Shown piece by piece: positions 26,897-34,710 of a stretch of DNA of 34,710 nt. The translations under genes and the position numbers were made by a program. The stretch covers positions 1-34,710 of the IMG/VR virus record IMGVR_UViG_3300044674_000714; one strand, given 5' to 3'. The stretch is from a virus (lineage: Duplodnaviria > Caudoviricetes). The notes beneath the pieces are model-generated. The model was not told the origin of the DNA, searched no databases, and worked only from the letters and a program-made list of their open reading frames with translations. Within the stretch, counting starts at the first letter, position 1. Each line of letters opens with the position of its first letter.

Positions 26897-27288
26897 TATT
26901 AGAAGCAGCAGCAATTTTTTGCCTGACACAACTCGTGTACTTTGAAGCCCGTAACCAGGAAGAGCCTGAAGCAAAGCGAGCGGTAGTGTACACAGCGTTG
27001 AACAGACTGCGTAACAGCCGCTGGCCTGACACAGCTTGTGGGGTCGTTCGCCAGAAGCACCAGTTCACGTTCTACTGGGATGGCAAGCCTGAGAAGGTGT
27101 ACGAACCAGAGGCGTGGAAAGAAGCAGAGCAGGCAGTACATGAAGCTCTGGAATTTATGCCACACGAGAACGGTGGCTGGACCCACTATCACCATTACAA
27201 AATCAAGCCAAAATGGGCCGAGTTTATGATGGGCTCGACGCAGATTGGTGATCACATCTTTTACTACGAGGAAAGGGACGTTAGATGA
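26893..27288 (+). CDS. Cell wall hydrolase (SleB / Hydrolase_2 family)
   Basis: CLTQLVYFEARNQ...LNR....WPDTACGVVRQKHQF and THYH...PKWA...IGDHIFY motifs. Confidence 0.9.
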   Translation: MILEAAAIFCLTQLVYFEARNQEEPEAKRAVVYTALNRLRNSRWPDTACGVVRQKHQFTFYWDGKPEKVYEPEAWKEAEQAVHEALEFMPHENGGWTHYHHYKIKPKWAEFMMGSTQIGDHIFYYEERDVR

Positions 27289-27698
27289 ACGAAAAGCAGA
27301 GACAGTGGATGGCATCCAACATTGATGTCGTTGAAATGTTCAGAGCAAAAATTGAAGAGAAAATTAAGCAAGGGGAAAAAGTAGTTATGACGAAAATTGC
27401 ACAAGAAGTCCGTAAAAGTTTTCAAGACCAAGGTCCAAGCGGCGCAAAGCGCAGTGGCCGCACACCTGCGTGGCTTGCCGGTGAGCTGGCCAGAGAGCAC
27501 CTGGCGCGTTGTCCAGAAACAGCAGATCTATTCTCTGGCCACATCACCAAAGACGTGGAAGAGGTCCGAGCTATGGACCCAAAGCAGCGCATGACAGCAG
27601 CGCTGCTTGAGCTGGAAATGCGCATTGGTGAGATGGAAGCCGCCATCAAGTATCTCGAAAATCCTGTTAAGCCTTGGTACATGAGGATCTTCGGATGA
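27285..27698 (+). CDS. Hypothetical protein with C-terminal coiled coil
   Basis: ATGA overlaps at both ends; ends KPWYMRIFG. Confidence 0.7.
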   Translation: MNEKQRQWMASNIDVVEMFRAKIEEKIKQGEKVVMTKIAQEVRKSFQDQGPSGAKRSGRTPAWLAGELAREHLARCPETADLFSGHITKDVEEVRAMDPKQRMTAALLELEMRIGEMEAAIKYLENPVKPWYMRIFG

Positions 27699-28111
27699 TC
27701 TTCAGAACCATGCTGGAAAACGGCATCTTCGATAGCGCGTTTTACATAAACATTGACGAGGCTATCGATGATACGATTGAGAGAAACGAAGCGGCAGGCC
27801 GCAGTGTTGAGGTAATCAAGCACACAGATAGAGCCGTGCAATTTCGCATCAACTATCCGAACATCAATCGCACTGTAGATGGAACCATCTCACCTGCACC
27901 TGGCGCACACACTGCTGCGCACGAGGACAGCTATGTGGAGCTGATCGACGATTTCGTTGAGCTAAAAAAGCAGGGCTTTAAAAGGCAAACGATTTGTAGG
28001 AAACTCGGAATTTCGTACTCGGTAGCGGTAATGATCAATCGGATGCTGGTTGAGCGCAGAAAGAAAGAGGAGCAGAAGTGCCTTTCAAGCCGCCGCCGGA
28101 CAACGAAGTAA
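27695..28111 (+). CDS. Hypothetical protein with C-terminal HTH-like segment
   Basis: Start at the ATGA overlap; GFKRQTICRKLGISYSVAV resembles an HTH. Confidence 0.62.
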   Translation: MIFRTMLENGIFDSAFYINIDEAIDDTIERNEAAGRSVEVIKHTDRAVQFRINYPNINRTVDGTISPAPGAHTAAHEDSYVELIDDFVELKKQGFKRQTICRKLGISYSVAVMINRMLVERRKKEEQKCLSSRRRTTK

Positions 28112-28353
28112 AATGCTGGTTTTGTGGCGAGATGACATTGCTCGATGAAATGCATGAAGCCTGTCGTCGCAAACGTGATTATTGGCACGACTGGTTCAAC
28201 AAGCGGATGGTGATTTATACGCAGATCCGCAGACAACGAGACCCACAGTGGGGAAGGAGGAACTTAGTGAAAGTGAAAGCCACAGCGAAAGTCGATGACA
28301 GCAAAGTAGAGGTCATCAAAAAGAAACCCAAGCCAGAGGCAAAGGGCAAATGA
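28078..28353 (+). CDS. Basic hypothetical protein with CxxC
   Basis: GAGGAG RBS before GTG; CWFC...HEAC. Confidence 0.62.
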   Translation: MPFKPPPDNEVKCWFCGEMTLLDEMHEACRRKRDYWHDWFNKRMVIYTQIRRQRDPQWGRRNLVKVKATAKVDDSKVEVIKKKPKPEAKGK

Positions 28354-28532
28354 ACTGCTCAACCTGCTTCTACTTACGCGATCAGGCGGGTGCCGCAGGC
28401 ACCTGTCAGCGCTACCCACAACCAAGACGCACAGCAGCGTCGTACTGGTGCGGCGAATATAAGCCAAAAGAAGAGCCAAAACCTGCACCGAAACGCAAAC
28501 CAACGGGAAAGAAAAATGCCACAACTAATTGA
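28350..28532 (+). CDS. Small 4-Cys protein
   Basis: CSTC...GTCQRYP...YWCGEY; ATGA overlap. Confidence 0.68.
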   Translation: MNCSTCFYLRDQAGAAGTCQRYPQPRRTAASYWCGEYKPKEEPKPAPKRKPTGKKNATTN

Positions 28533-29322
28533 TGAAGGTGCAGACGTTTACTTTGCACGCGAAGCTCTATCGAAGAGCGGGGCAGTTGCCCTCCTCCGTA
28601 GTCCAGCCCACTACCTCGCCTTGGCCGACATGCCAAAACGTGAGACACCGGCTATGGCCTTCGGCACCCTCTGTCATGCCATGACCTTGGAGCCAGAGAC
28701 CGTCGACGACCTCTACATTGCTGCTCCGAAATTCGACAGGCGTACCAAGGTTGGCAAGGCCGGTGCCGAACAATTTCAGGAGCAGTACGCTGGCAAAGAG
28801 ATGATCGATATCGATATCTTTCAAAAAGCGCAGCGTGTAGCGGAGGCCGTTAGAAATCACCCTACTGCTGGCGCGTTATTACAAGACGGCAAAGCCGAGC
28901 AAACAGCGCTGTGGGATCAGCACGGCGTCGAATGCAAGGCACGCATTGATTACACCACTGGTAACAGCATTGTCGACCTTAAAACCACACACGATGCCTC
29001 GCCAGACGAATTTATTAAAACGTGCGCCAGGTTTAAGTATCACATGCAAGCTGCGCATTACCTGGATGGCCTGGAAGCGATCACTGGATGGGAGCCCGAT
29101 AGCTTTACCTTTATCGCTGTGGAGACAGAGGCACCGTTTTCTGTTGGCGTGTACGAGCTGGACCGGCGATCGATAGACGGTGGTCGTGAGCTTATGAAAC
29201 GCGCCGCTGAGTTGTATAAGGTCGCACTTAGCCACGACCCACAAGCTTGGAAAAGCTATCCAGTCGAGAAGGCCGTGCTTTCGTTGCCCGGCTGGGCTTT
29301 GCCAAGCATGGATATCCTGTAA
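28516..29322 (+). CDS. RecE/Exonuclease VIII-like PD-(D/E)XK nuclease (DUF3799-like)
   Basis: LSKS...SPAHY, FGTLCHAMTLEP, CKARID..IVDLKTT and YHMQAAHY motifs; start placed at ATG 28516. Confidence 0.87.
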   Translation: MPQLIDEGADVYFAREALSKSGAVALLRSPAHYLALADMPKRETPAMAFGTLCHAMTLEPETVDDLYIAAPKFDRRTKVGKAGAEQFQEQYAGKEMIDIDIFQKAQRVAEAVRNHPTAGALLQDGKAEQTALWDQHGVECKARIDYTTGNSIVDLKTTHDASPDEFIKTCARFKYHMQAAHYLDGLEAITGWEPDSFTFIAVETEAPFSVGVYELDRRSIDGGRELMKRAAELYKVALSHDPQAWKSYPVEKAVLSLPGWALPSMDIL

Positions 29323-29361
29323 CTAACAGCCACGCCTTGCGCGCTGGTCGGAGAGTAGATT

Positions 29362-29685
29362 ATGAAAGCAGATGCATTATTACAGAAGGCCGCTGAAGTT
29401 GTGGGCGGAGACAGGGCGCAAGCGCATGGTAGCATGGAAGAGACGCACCAGCTCATCGCTGACTTTTGGCAGCTTTACTTGGACAACAGGCGCGAGAAAA
29501 AGAAGCCGCTTACATCGCAAGATGTGGCAATGATGATGGTTCTCTTGAAATGCGCCAGGTCACAGCGTGGCCGGTTAGAGGTGGACGATTACCTTGATAT
29601 GGCTGGCTACGTTGGCTGTGCTGCGCAGATGATTTTCGGCAAGCCGATTGTGCCAAGTGTAACTATTCCGGGAGCCAAGACATGA
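29362..29685 (+). CDS. DUF6378-like all-helical protein
   Basis: GDRAQAHG...IADFW..YL...DVAMMMVLLKCAR...DDYLDMAGY motif. Confidence 0.8.
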   Translation: MKADALLQKAAEVVGGDRAQAHGSMEETHQLIADFWQLYLDNRREKKKPLTSQDVAMMMVLLKCARSQRGRLEVDDYLDMAGYVGCAAQMIFGKPIVPSVTIPGAKT

Positions 29686-29897
29686 TACTCACTGACAGTG
29701 ATCAAGCCCTCGATGCCATAGAGCGCAAGCGCAACATTGCTGGGATCAGCCAGCGGGAAATGGCAAAGCGTGCTGGGTTAAGCAAAAACGCTTACTGGTA
29801 CATGGCCAACGAAGGATCTGACTTGCACGTCAAGTCTCTCATTAGCTTGGCCGAGGCCGTTGGCATGAAGCTCACGTTGACTGATGCTGATCAATGA
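29682..29897 (+). CDS. XRE/Cro-family HTH regulator
   Basis: RNIAGISQREMAKRAGLSKNAY...LISLAEAVG. Confidence 0.85.
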   Translation: MILTDSDQALDAIERKRNIAGISQREMAKRAGLSKNAYWYMANEGSDLHVKSLISLAEAVGMKLTLTDADQ

Positions 29898-30361
29898 TCC
29901 TTGGCATTGATCCTGGTGCATCTGGTGCCTTGGCTTTCTTTGAGCCGTTGGAAGGTCTGACGGTGATCGATATGCCGACGCTTGAAGTGAAGCGTGGCGG
30001 CAAAGCAAAGCGTGAAATTTCACCTGCAATGCTGGCTGCAGAAATCCGATCGATGGAGCCCGACGCTGCTGTTATCGAAAAGGTTGGCGCAATGCCTGGT
30101 CAGGGCGTCAGCAGCATGTTTCAGTTTGGCCGGTCAGTCGGCATGGTTGAAGGTGTACTTGCTGCGCTGCAGATCCCGTATGATTACGTGACGCCACAAG
30201 CATGGCAAAAGGCAGTGGGGGCTCGTGGTGGCAAGGACGCATCACGGCTTCGGGCAATGGAAATTTACCCAGCCTACGCAAATGAATTTCGCCTCAAGAA
30301 GCATGATGGCCGCGCAGATGCTGCGCTGATTGCTTGGTATGGGGTGACACGGAACGCCTAG
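29894..30361 (+). CDS. RuvC-like Holliday junction resolvase
   Basis: ILGIDPGASGA, VIEKV, PQAWQK and DGRADAALIA acidic catalytic motifs. Confidence 0.85.
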   Translation: MILGIDPGASGALAFFEPLEGLTVIDMPTLEVKRGGKAKREISPAMLAAEIRSMEPDAAVIEKVGAMPGQGVSSMFQFGRSVGMVEGVLAALQIPYDYVTPQAWQKAVGARGGKDASRLRAMEIYPAYANEFRLKKHDGRADAALIAWYGVTRNA

Positions 30362-30430
30362 TAAGGGTGGCGTAAACTCTTACCCGTGCCGACGGTTTCG
30401 GTAGCTGTAAACGAAAAAAGGAAACACAGC

Positions 30431-30997
30431 ATGTTAAACTTTCCAAGTAGTGGAGGCGGTCAGCCCTGGGCTCGTATCGACGGGCGCAACGGCATGATGA
30501 CAGTAAGCGGTCCAGATGATCAGCATACTTTTGACATGAAAAACAAAGTATTTGCTTTCAACATAAAAGGAGCCAAGCAGGGCTGGTTAGCGCTGGCCAA
30601 TGGCCGCGACTGGCAGCCAATTGAAAATGGGCAGTGGGGCAACCCGCCAACACCAGACCACAATCCTGGTGTGGAGATCGAGATCTATAGCAAGGTTGAA
30701 GATTTCGGTGACAGCCCAGTCAGGGTTGCGTCGGCTTCATCCAAGGCTTTCACGTCGTTTATCTCTGCCATTGCGCAAAAAGCAGGCAGTGATCTGCCAG
30801 ACGATGCGTGGCCGACAATCCGGGTTGATAGCGTGACAACTGTCAAAGTCGGGAAGGGTTCGTCGATCGATATCGCATTCACGATGGCACCACGGGATAA
30901 GTGGTATCGGGTTGAAGAGGATGCTGCGCCGCAGCCTTCCACAAAGCCAAAGCCGTTGGTGGAGCAAGATACTCTTGGCGACGAAGAGGAGTTCTAG
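30431..30997 (+). CDS. Putative single-stranded DNA-binding protein
   Basis: Beta-rich body with acidic tail ending GDEEEF; lies between resolvase and primase; start at ATG 30431 after AAGGA. Confidence 0.6.
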   Translation: MLNFPSSGGGQPWARIDGRNGMMTVSGPDDQHTFDMKNKVFAFNIKGAKQGWLALANGRDWQPIENGQWGNPPTPDHNPGVEIEIYSKVEDFGDSPVRVASASSKAFTSFISAIAQKAGSDLPDDAWPTIRVDSVTTVKVGKGSSIDIAFTMAPRDKWYRVEEDAAPQPSTKPKPLVEQDTLGDEEEF

Positions 30998-30999
30998 GT

Positions 31000-31040
31000 A
31001 AAAAAGAGCCCGTCATCGCGGAAACGGTGACGGGCTCAAT
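31000..31040 (-). terminator. Strong hairpin with U-tract on the minus strand (possibly bidirectional)
   Basis: AAAAAA-GAGCCCGTCATCG-CGGAAA-CGGTGACGGGCTC. Confidence 0.72.
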
Positions 31041-31078
31041 TCCAAGGGAGAGACAACGCCCATAGCGGGGAAGCGGCT

Positions 31079-33358
31079 ATGACAAAGCAGAGTATGAACG
31101 AAATGAACACCGAAAGCAACACGGCCTATTTTATGCACCTAGCCTTCAGCAGAGGCGGAGCCGACAACGTAGAGTTGGAGGCAAAGCGCTACAGCATCGA
31201 GGACTTCGCAAAGCGTTTAAGCAAGCCACGCATCGCTGCAAAGGAAGGCAGCTACTATATCAGAGGCGGCAATCTCGCAGAACCAAAAAGAGCTGACGCC
31301 AACCTTTTAACCGCAGAGCTGATCATCCTGGACGGAGATAGCCGCATTGATCCAAATACCGGCGAGGTGCTGTCTGGCGCGCCGCCGTTGGATGCAGTTT
31401 GCGATGCACTGGATGAGCTGAACTACACCTACGTCGCTCACACGAGCCACAGCTATCGTCCTGGTGAGATGTGGAAGTACCGGATTGTCATGCCTGCGCG
31501 GCTGGGTGATCAAGAGGCGCTCGCCGCCAGCGTGGATTACGTCATCGATCAACTGCACGACAGAAACGTGTGGCTCAATGACGTGGTAGAGAACCGCAGG
31601 TGGAGCCAGGCGTGGTACTTGCCGCGCGTTACGGATGAAGAGGCACGGCTTGCTTTTCGCCACAGGCAGAACCTCGGTGGGCGCACGTTTCCGGTGCGCG
31701 ATGCTCTGGAACACGCAGCCGCCAAGCGCCGAGCTGCGGAGGCCATTGCCAAGGCACGCCAGAACCCGTTGCCGAGGCCATCGTTAGGCCAGGAGCGCGA
31801 AAGCGTGATTGAGACCTTTAACAGAGAGCACGGCTTTGACTGGGTCCACCAGCAGCTAGAGGCTGCAGGTTACACGTTCAAGTATAAAAAGGGCGACGAC
31901 TATCGTTACCTCAGACCTGGCAGCGAAACAGGCATGGCCGGGGTCAGCGTGTTCAAGGGTGCGCAGGGCGACTGGTGTACCTATTCGCACCACGGTGGCG
32001 CAGATCCGTTGTCAGGCAAGCTCTGTGATCCGTTTGAGCTGTACGCAATATTTCAGCACAGCGGATCTCGATCAAATGCTGCGCGATGGCTGCTACGGGA
32101 ACGTGACAGCAGTGCGATTGTCGCAGCACAGAAGATAACGGACGCAATTGCGCACGCTCAGAGCGCCGTGGAAGCCGACGCTGAAGTAGAGGACACTGAC
32201 ACACAGGAAGAGCAGGACGCCGCTTCTGAGCCCTCTGAGCAGCCGCAGGAGCGATTGCCGAGGATCAGGGTGGAGCTGGAAGAGGACATGAAGAGCGAGC
32301 CTGTGCGATGGCTCGTAGACAACCTGATCCCGGCTGGTGGGCTTGTGGGGCTCTTTGGCCGTCCAGGCAGCTACAAGAGCTTCGTCAGCCTCGCCATTGC
32401 CGGTGCCGTGGCTTCGCATACCGATTTCCTTGGTCGCTCTACAGAGCCTGGGGACGTGGTGTACGTCGCTGCAGAAGGGGGATCAGGTCTAAAGCGTCGC
32501 ACGACTGCGATGCGGATGCGTCATGGTCTCGATTTTGAGGGTCGCCTGGGCTTTGTTCGTGCGCAGCTTGATCTCAGATCCAGTGTGGACGACATGGAGC
32601 TGCTGATTGAGGCCATCGCCAAGACCGGGCTCAAGCCAAAGCTGCTCGTGTTCGATACACTGAACAGGCTCTATGGTGGCGGTGACGAAAACGATGCAGG
32701 CAACATGTCAGCGTTTCTCAGCATCATTGGCGGCCTGCAGCAGGCGTTCGATGGAGCCACAGCTTTGGTTGTCCATCACCAAGGTCACGCTGAAGCCAGA
32801 ATGCGCGGCTCGTCCTCGTTACTCGGTGCAGTGGACACAGAGCTGCATGTGACCAAGGTTCTGGAGACAGAGACCAGCAGGCTGGGTCAGTTGGCCGTCA
32901 CCAAGCAAAAGGATGGCGAGAACAACGTCACGGTGTCCTACAGCATGGAAGTCGTCGGCACTGATCCCATAGATCCGCATGAGACCAGCCTTGCAGTAGT
33001 CCTGGCAGAGGATGAGCAGATGCCCGTCAATAAGACAGCCAGGCGTACCAATGACGAAAAAATTGCACTGGATGCACTGCATCATGCTCTCATGCAATTC
33101 GGTAGAACGGCGACCTCTTCTCTCATGCCTGCTGGCGTGCAAATCGTGGAAGAGAAACACTGGCGCGCAGAGTTCTATGCGCGGCGTCCTGGCGATGGAT
33201 ATGAGGACAAGAAAAAGGCCATCGAGGCAACGAGAAAGGCATTCGGTAGAGCTCGATCACGGCTCATTGGGAGCAGTGAAATCGGACATCGAGACGGGCA
33301 ATATTGGGTCATTGAGCACAGCTTTTCGTCTTTCGACGATTTTGGACAGGAATTCTGA
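31079..33358 (+). CDS. Primase-polymerase / RepA-like (AAA_25) helicase fusion
   Basis: N-terminal AEP-like motifs (IILDGD, HTSHS, YRIV); C-terminal Walker A GRPGSYKS, VYVAAEG, LLVFDT, VVHH and RGSSSL. Confidence 0.88.
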   Translation: MTKQSMNEMNTESNTAYFMHLAFSRGGADNVELEAKRYSIEDFAKRLSKPRIAAKEGSYYIRGGNLAEPKRADANLLTAELIILDGDSRIDPNTGEVLSGAPPLDAVCDALDELNYTYVAHTSHSYRPGEMWKYRIVMPARLGDQEALAASVDYVIDQLHDRNVWLNDVVENRRWSQAWYLPRVTDEEARLAFRHRQNLGGRTFPVRDALEHAAAKRRAAEAIAKARQNPLPRPSLGQERESVIETFNREHGFDWVHQQLEAAGYTFKYKKGDDYRYLRPGSETGMAGVSVFKGAQGDWCTYSHHGGADPLSGKLCDPFELYAIFQHSGSRSNAARWLLRERDSSAIVAAQKITDAIAHAQSAVEADAEVEDTDTQEEQDAASEPSEQPQERLPRIRVELEEDMKSEPVRWLVDNLIPAGGLVGLFGRPGSYKSFVSLAIAGAVASHTDFLGRSTEPGDVVYVAAEGGSGLKRRTTAMRMRHGLDFEGRLGFVRAQLDLRSSVDDMELLIEAIAKTGLKPKLLVFDTLNRLYGGGDENDAGNMSAFLSIIGGLQQAFDGATALVVHHQGHAEARMRGSSSLLGAVDTELHVTKVLETETSRLGQLAVTKQKDGENNVTVSYSMEVVGTDPIDPHETSLAVVLAEDEQMPVNKTARRTNDEKIALDALHHALMQFGRTATSSLMPAGVQIVEEKHWRAEFYARRPGDGYEDKKKAIEATRKAFGRARSRLIGSSEIGHRDGQYWVIEHSFSSFDDFGQEF

Positions 33359-33360
33359 GC

Positions 33361-33496
33361 GGGACAAAAGCGGGACACAATGGGACAAAAGCGGGACAGA
33401 AACGGGACAAGCGGGACAATATATGCGGGACAGGACGGGACACACCCTTAAGGGTGTCCCATTGTCCCGCTAAATCCTGTCCGGTTTGCGTTGTCC
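33361..33496. repeat. Convergent GGGACA iteron array, putative replication origin
   Basis: Eight GGGACA copies, a 16-bp palindrome ACACCCTTAAGGGTGT, then inverted TGTCC(C) copies. Confidence 0.8.
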
Positions 33497-33526
33497 GGGT
33501 AACTTTGGAAGAGGAGTAGAAATCAA

Positions 33527-34066
33527 GTGGACGGAATAGACGCGCTGATACATCCGCGCGGCGTCGGGGTCGATGCTGCCCTGGCGACGGTTGACGAGGT
33601 CGCTCATGCCATGGAGCGGAAGTGGGGCATCGGAAGACTGGAGCGATTAGTGGAGCCCGACCTTGCGGCCAAGTTTGTCAGCGCGCAGCAAAAGCTGAAC
33701 CAGGCAATCGAAAGCAATGACGTTGCGCAGGTGGTCAAGCGCGCTGAAATCATGCGACGAGGTTGGGTGGCTCTAGATGCGGCTGCGGAGGCCGCTGGAG
33801 CGTCATCTCTGCCAGAGGGTACTTGGGTCGTGGAATTCAAGGGACAGCGCTACACGGTCGTCCTAGAGGGCGTAGACGCGCTTTCTGTGGCCAGTAGATC
33901 GCCAGACCCTGACAAGGTGGTCACGATGCACGAGTTAATGGTCGCGTGGACAAGCTTTGCGGGTCTCGATATCCTACAGCAGGCCAAGCTACAGTTTCCC
34001 GGGGCAGAGATGACCGAGATACGAGACAAGAAATCTGGTAAACTGAACGACGACGTTCCGTTCTGA
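33527..34066 (+). CDS. Hypothetical protein ending DDVPF
   Basis: GAGGAG RBS before GTG; MERKWGIGRL..LV...LAAKF motif; SSB-like acidic C-terminal tip. Confidence 0.78.
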   Translation: MDGIDALIHPRGVGVDAALATVDEVAHAMERKWGIGRLERLVEPDLAAKFVSAQQKLNQAIESNDVAQVVKRAEIMRRGWVALDAAAEAAGASSLPEGTWVVEFKGQRYTVVLEGVDALSVASRSPDPDKVVTMHELMVAWTSFAGLDILQQAKLQFPGAEMTEIRDKKSGKLNDDVPF

Positions 34067-34076
34067 GGGGTGAGGG

Positions 34077-34710
34077 ATGCCGGTAAAGAAACACGAGAAA
34101 ACGCCAGAGCTGGTCGATGAAATCCTAGCTCAGATGGTGGAAGGCAAGAGCCTGACTGCGATTTGCAAGCAGAAGGGAATGCCGAGCGTTGGGACAGTGT
34201 ATCGCTGGATGGCGGAGGACGAAGTCCTCTCGGAGGGCTACGCACGCGCGACCCAGGCCAGGGCTCGAAGCTACGCAGAACGCATGGAAGACGTTGTAAA
34301 TCAAGCACTTAACGGCGAAATCCGCTCAGACGCAGCTCGCGTAGCCGTAGATGCGTACAAATTCATCACAACCAGGCTAATGCCGCAGCTTTATGGCGAT
34401 CGCCAGACGGTGGACGTGAACGTGCAGCACACGCATTCGCTGCATCACGAGGCTCTGAAACGGCTGACAGAGCGTGCTTCGGGTACAGATCGCGGGTACA
34501 TTGATGCTGACTACCAGGAAATCCCCAGGGAAACCAAGGCTTTGAGCAAGGGTGACACAATAGATGATATATTGAGAGCCTCAGATCCAGAGCCAAAACC
34601 CCAGGGAAATCCTGGATCTCAGGGGTCAGAGGGGCTGGAGACCCCCCGGGGGGTCGACCACCCGGAGGGGGCGGCGACGATGGCGACCCCCGCTCCCTCT
34701 ACACAGAGCC
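34077..34710 (+). CDS. terS: Terminase small subunit (Sf6/P22-like), open at the window end (not in ORF track)
   Basis: Manual translation MPVKKHEKTPELVDEILAQMVEGKSLTAICKQKGMPSVGTVYRWM...YARA...RLMPQLYGDR, with no stop before 34710. Confidence 0.88.
   Translation, partial: MPVKKHEKTPELVDEILAQMVEGKSLTAICKQKGMPSVGTVYRWMAEDEVLSEGYARATQARARSYAERMEDVVNQALNGEIRSDAARVAVDAYKFITTRLMPQLYGDRQTVDVNVQHTHSLHHEALKRLTERASGTDRGYIDADYQEIPRETKALSKGDTIDDILRASDPEPKPQGNPGSQGSEGLETPRGVDHPEGAATMATPAPSTQS
34640..34655. other. Perfect 16-bp palindrome, candidate packaging signal
   Basis: GACCCCCCGGGGGGTC inside the 3' part of terS. Confidence 0.5.

Noticed and set aside
30387-30408. H-type pseudoknot in the SSB leader
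   Set aside because: The potential second stem follows the first with a 0-1 nt linker, which is sterically unlikely; reported only as hairpins.
33361-33496. GGGACA array as a CRISPR array or coding repeat (ORF 33012-33473)
   Set aside because: Units are 6 bp with 3-8 bp gaps, there are no spacers or cas genes, and the ORF is an off-frame overlap of the helicase.

Overview
The window looks like an essentially complete ~34.7 kb genome of a temperate, short-tailed (podovirus-like) dsDNA phage, opened inside the terminase small subunit gene. An alphaproteobacterial, probably marine, host is my inference from gene style. Plus-strand order: TerL, small basic and Cys-rich genes, portal, scaffold, major capsid, head-tail adaptor, a modular tail-fibre cassette (two S74-chaperone fibres plus a third adhesin), an inserted lysis module (four membrane proteins, PD-(D/E)XK nuclease, GH108 endolysin), nozzle, GNAT-like protein and ejection proteins. 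A single minus-strand tyrosine integrase is followed by a divergent early/replication operon (SleB hydrolase, RecE-like exonuclease, DUF6378-like, XRE HTH, RuvC-like resolvase, SSB-like, primase-helicase), a GGGACA iteron array and TerS. The most notable features are non-coding: a switch region with twin divergent promoters and repeated GACCAG-N4-CTGGTC operators but no adjacent CI gene, CtrA-like boxes at the early promoter and upstream of the endolysin, a convergent iteron array around a palindrome, and a palindrome-rich putative pac region. Four likely genes are missing from the ORF track. All functional calls come from motif recognition by eye; no searches were run.
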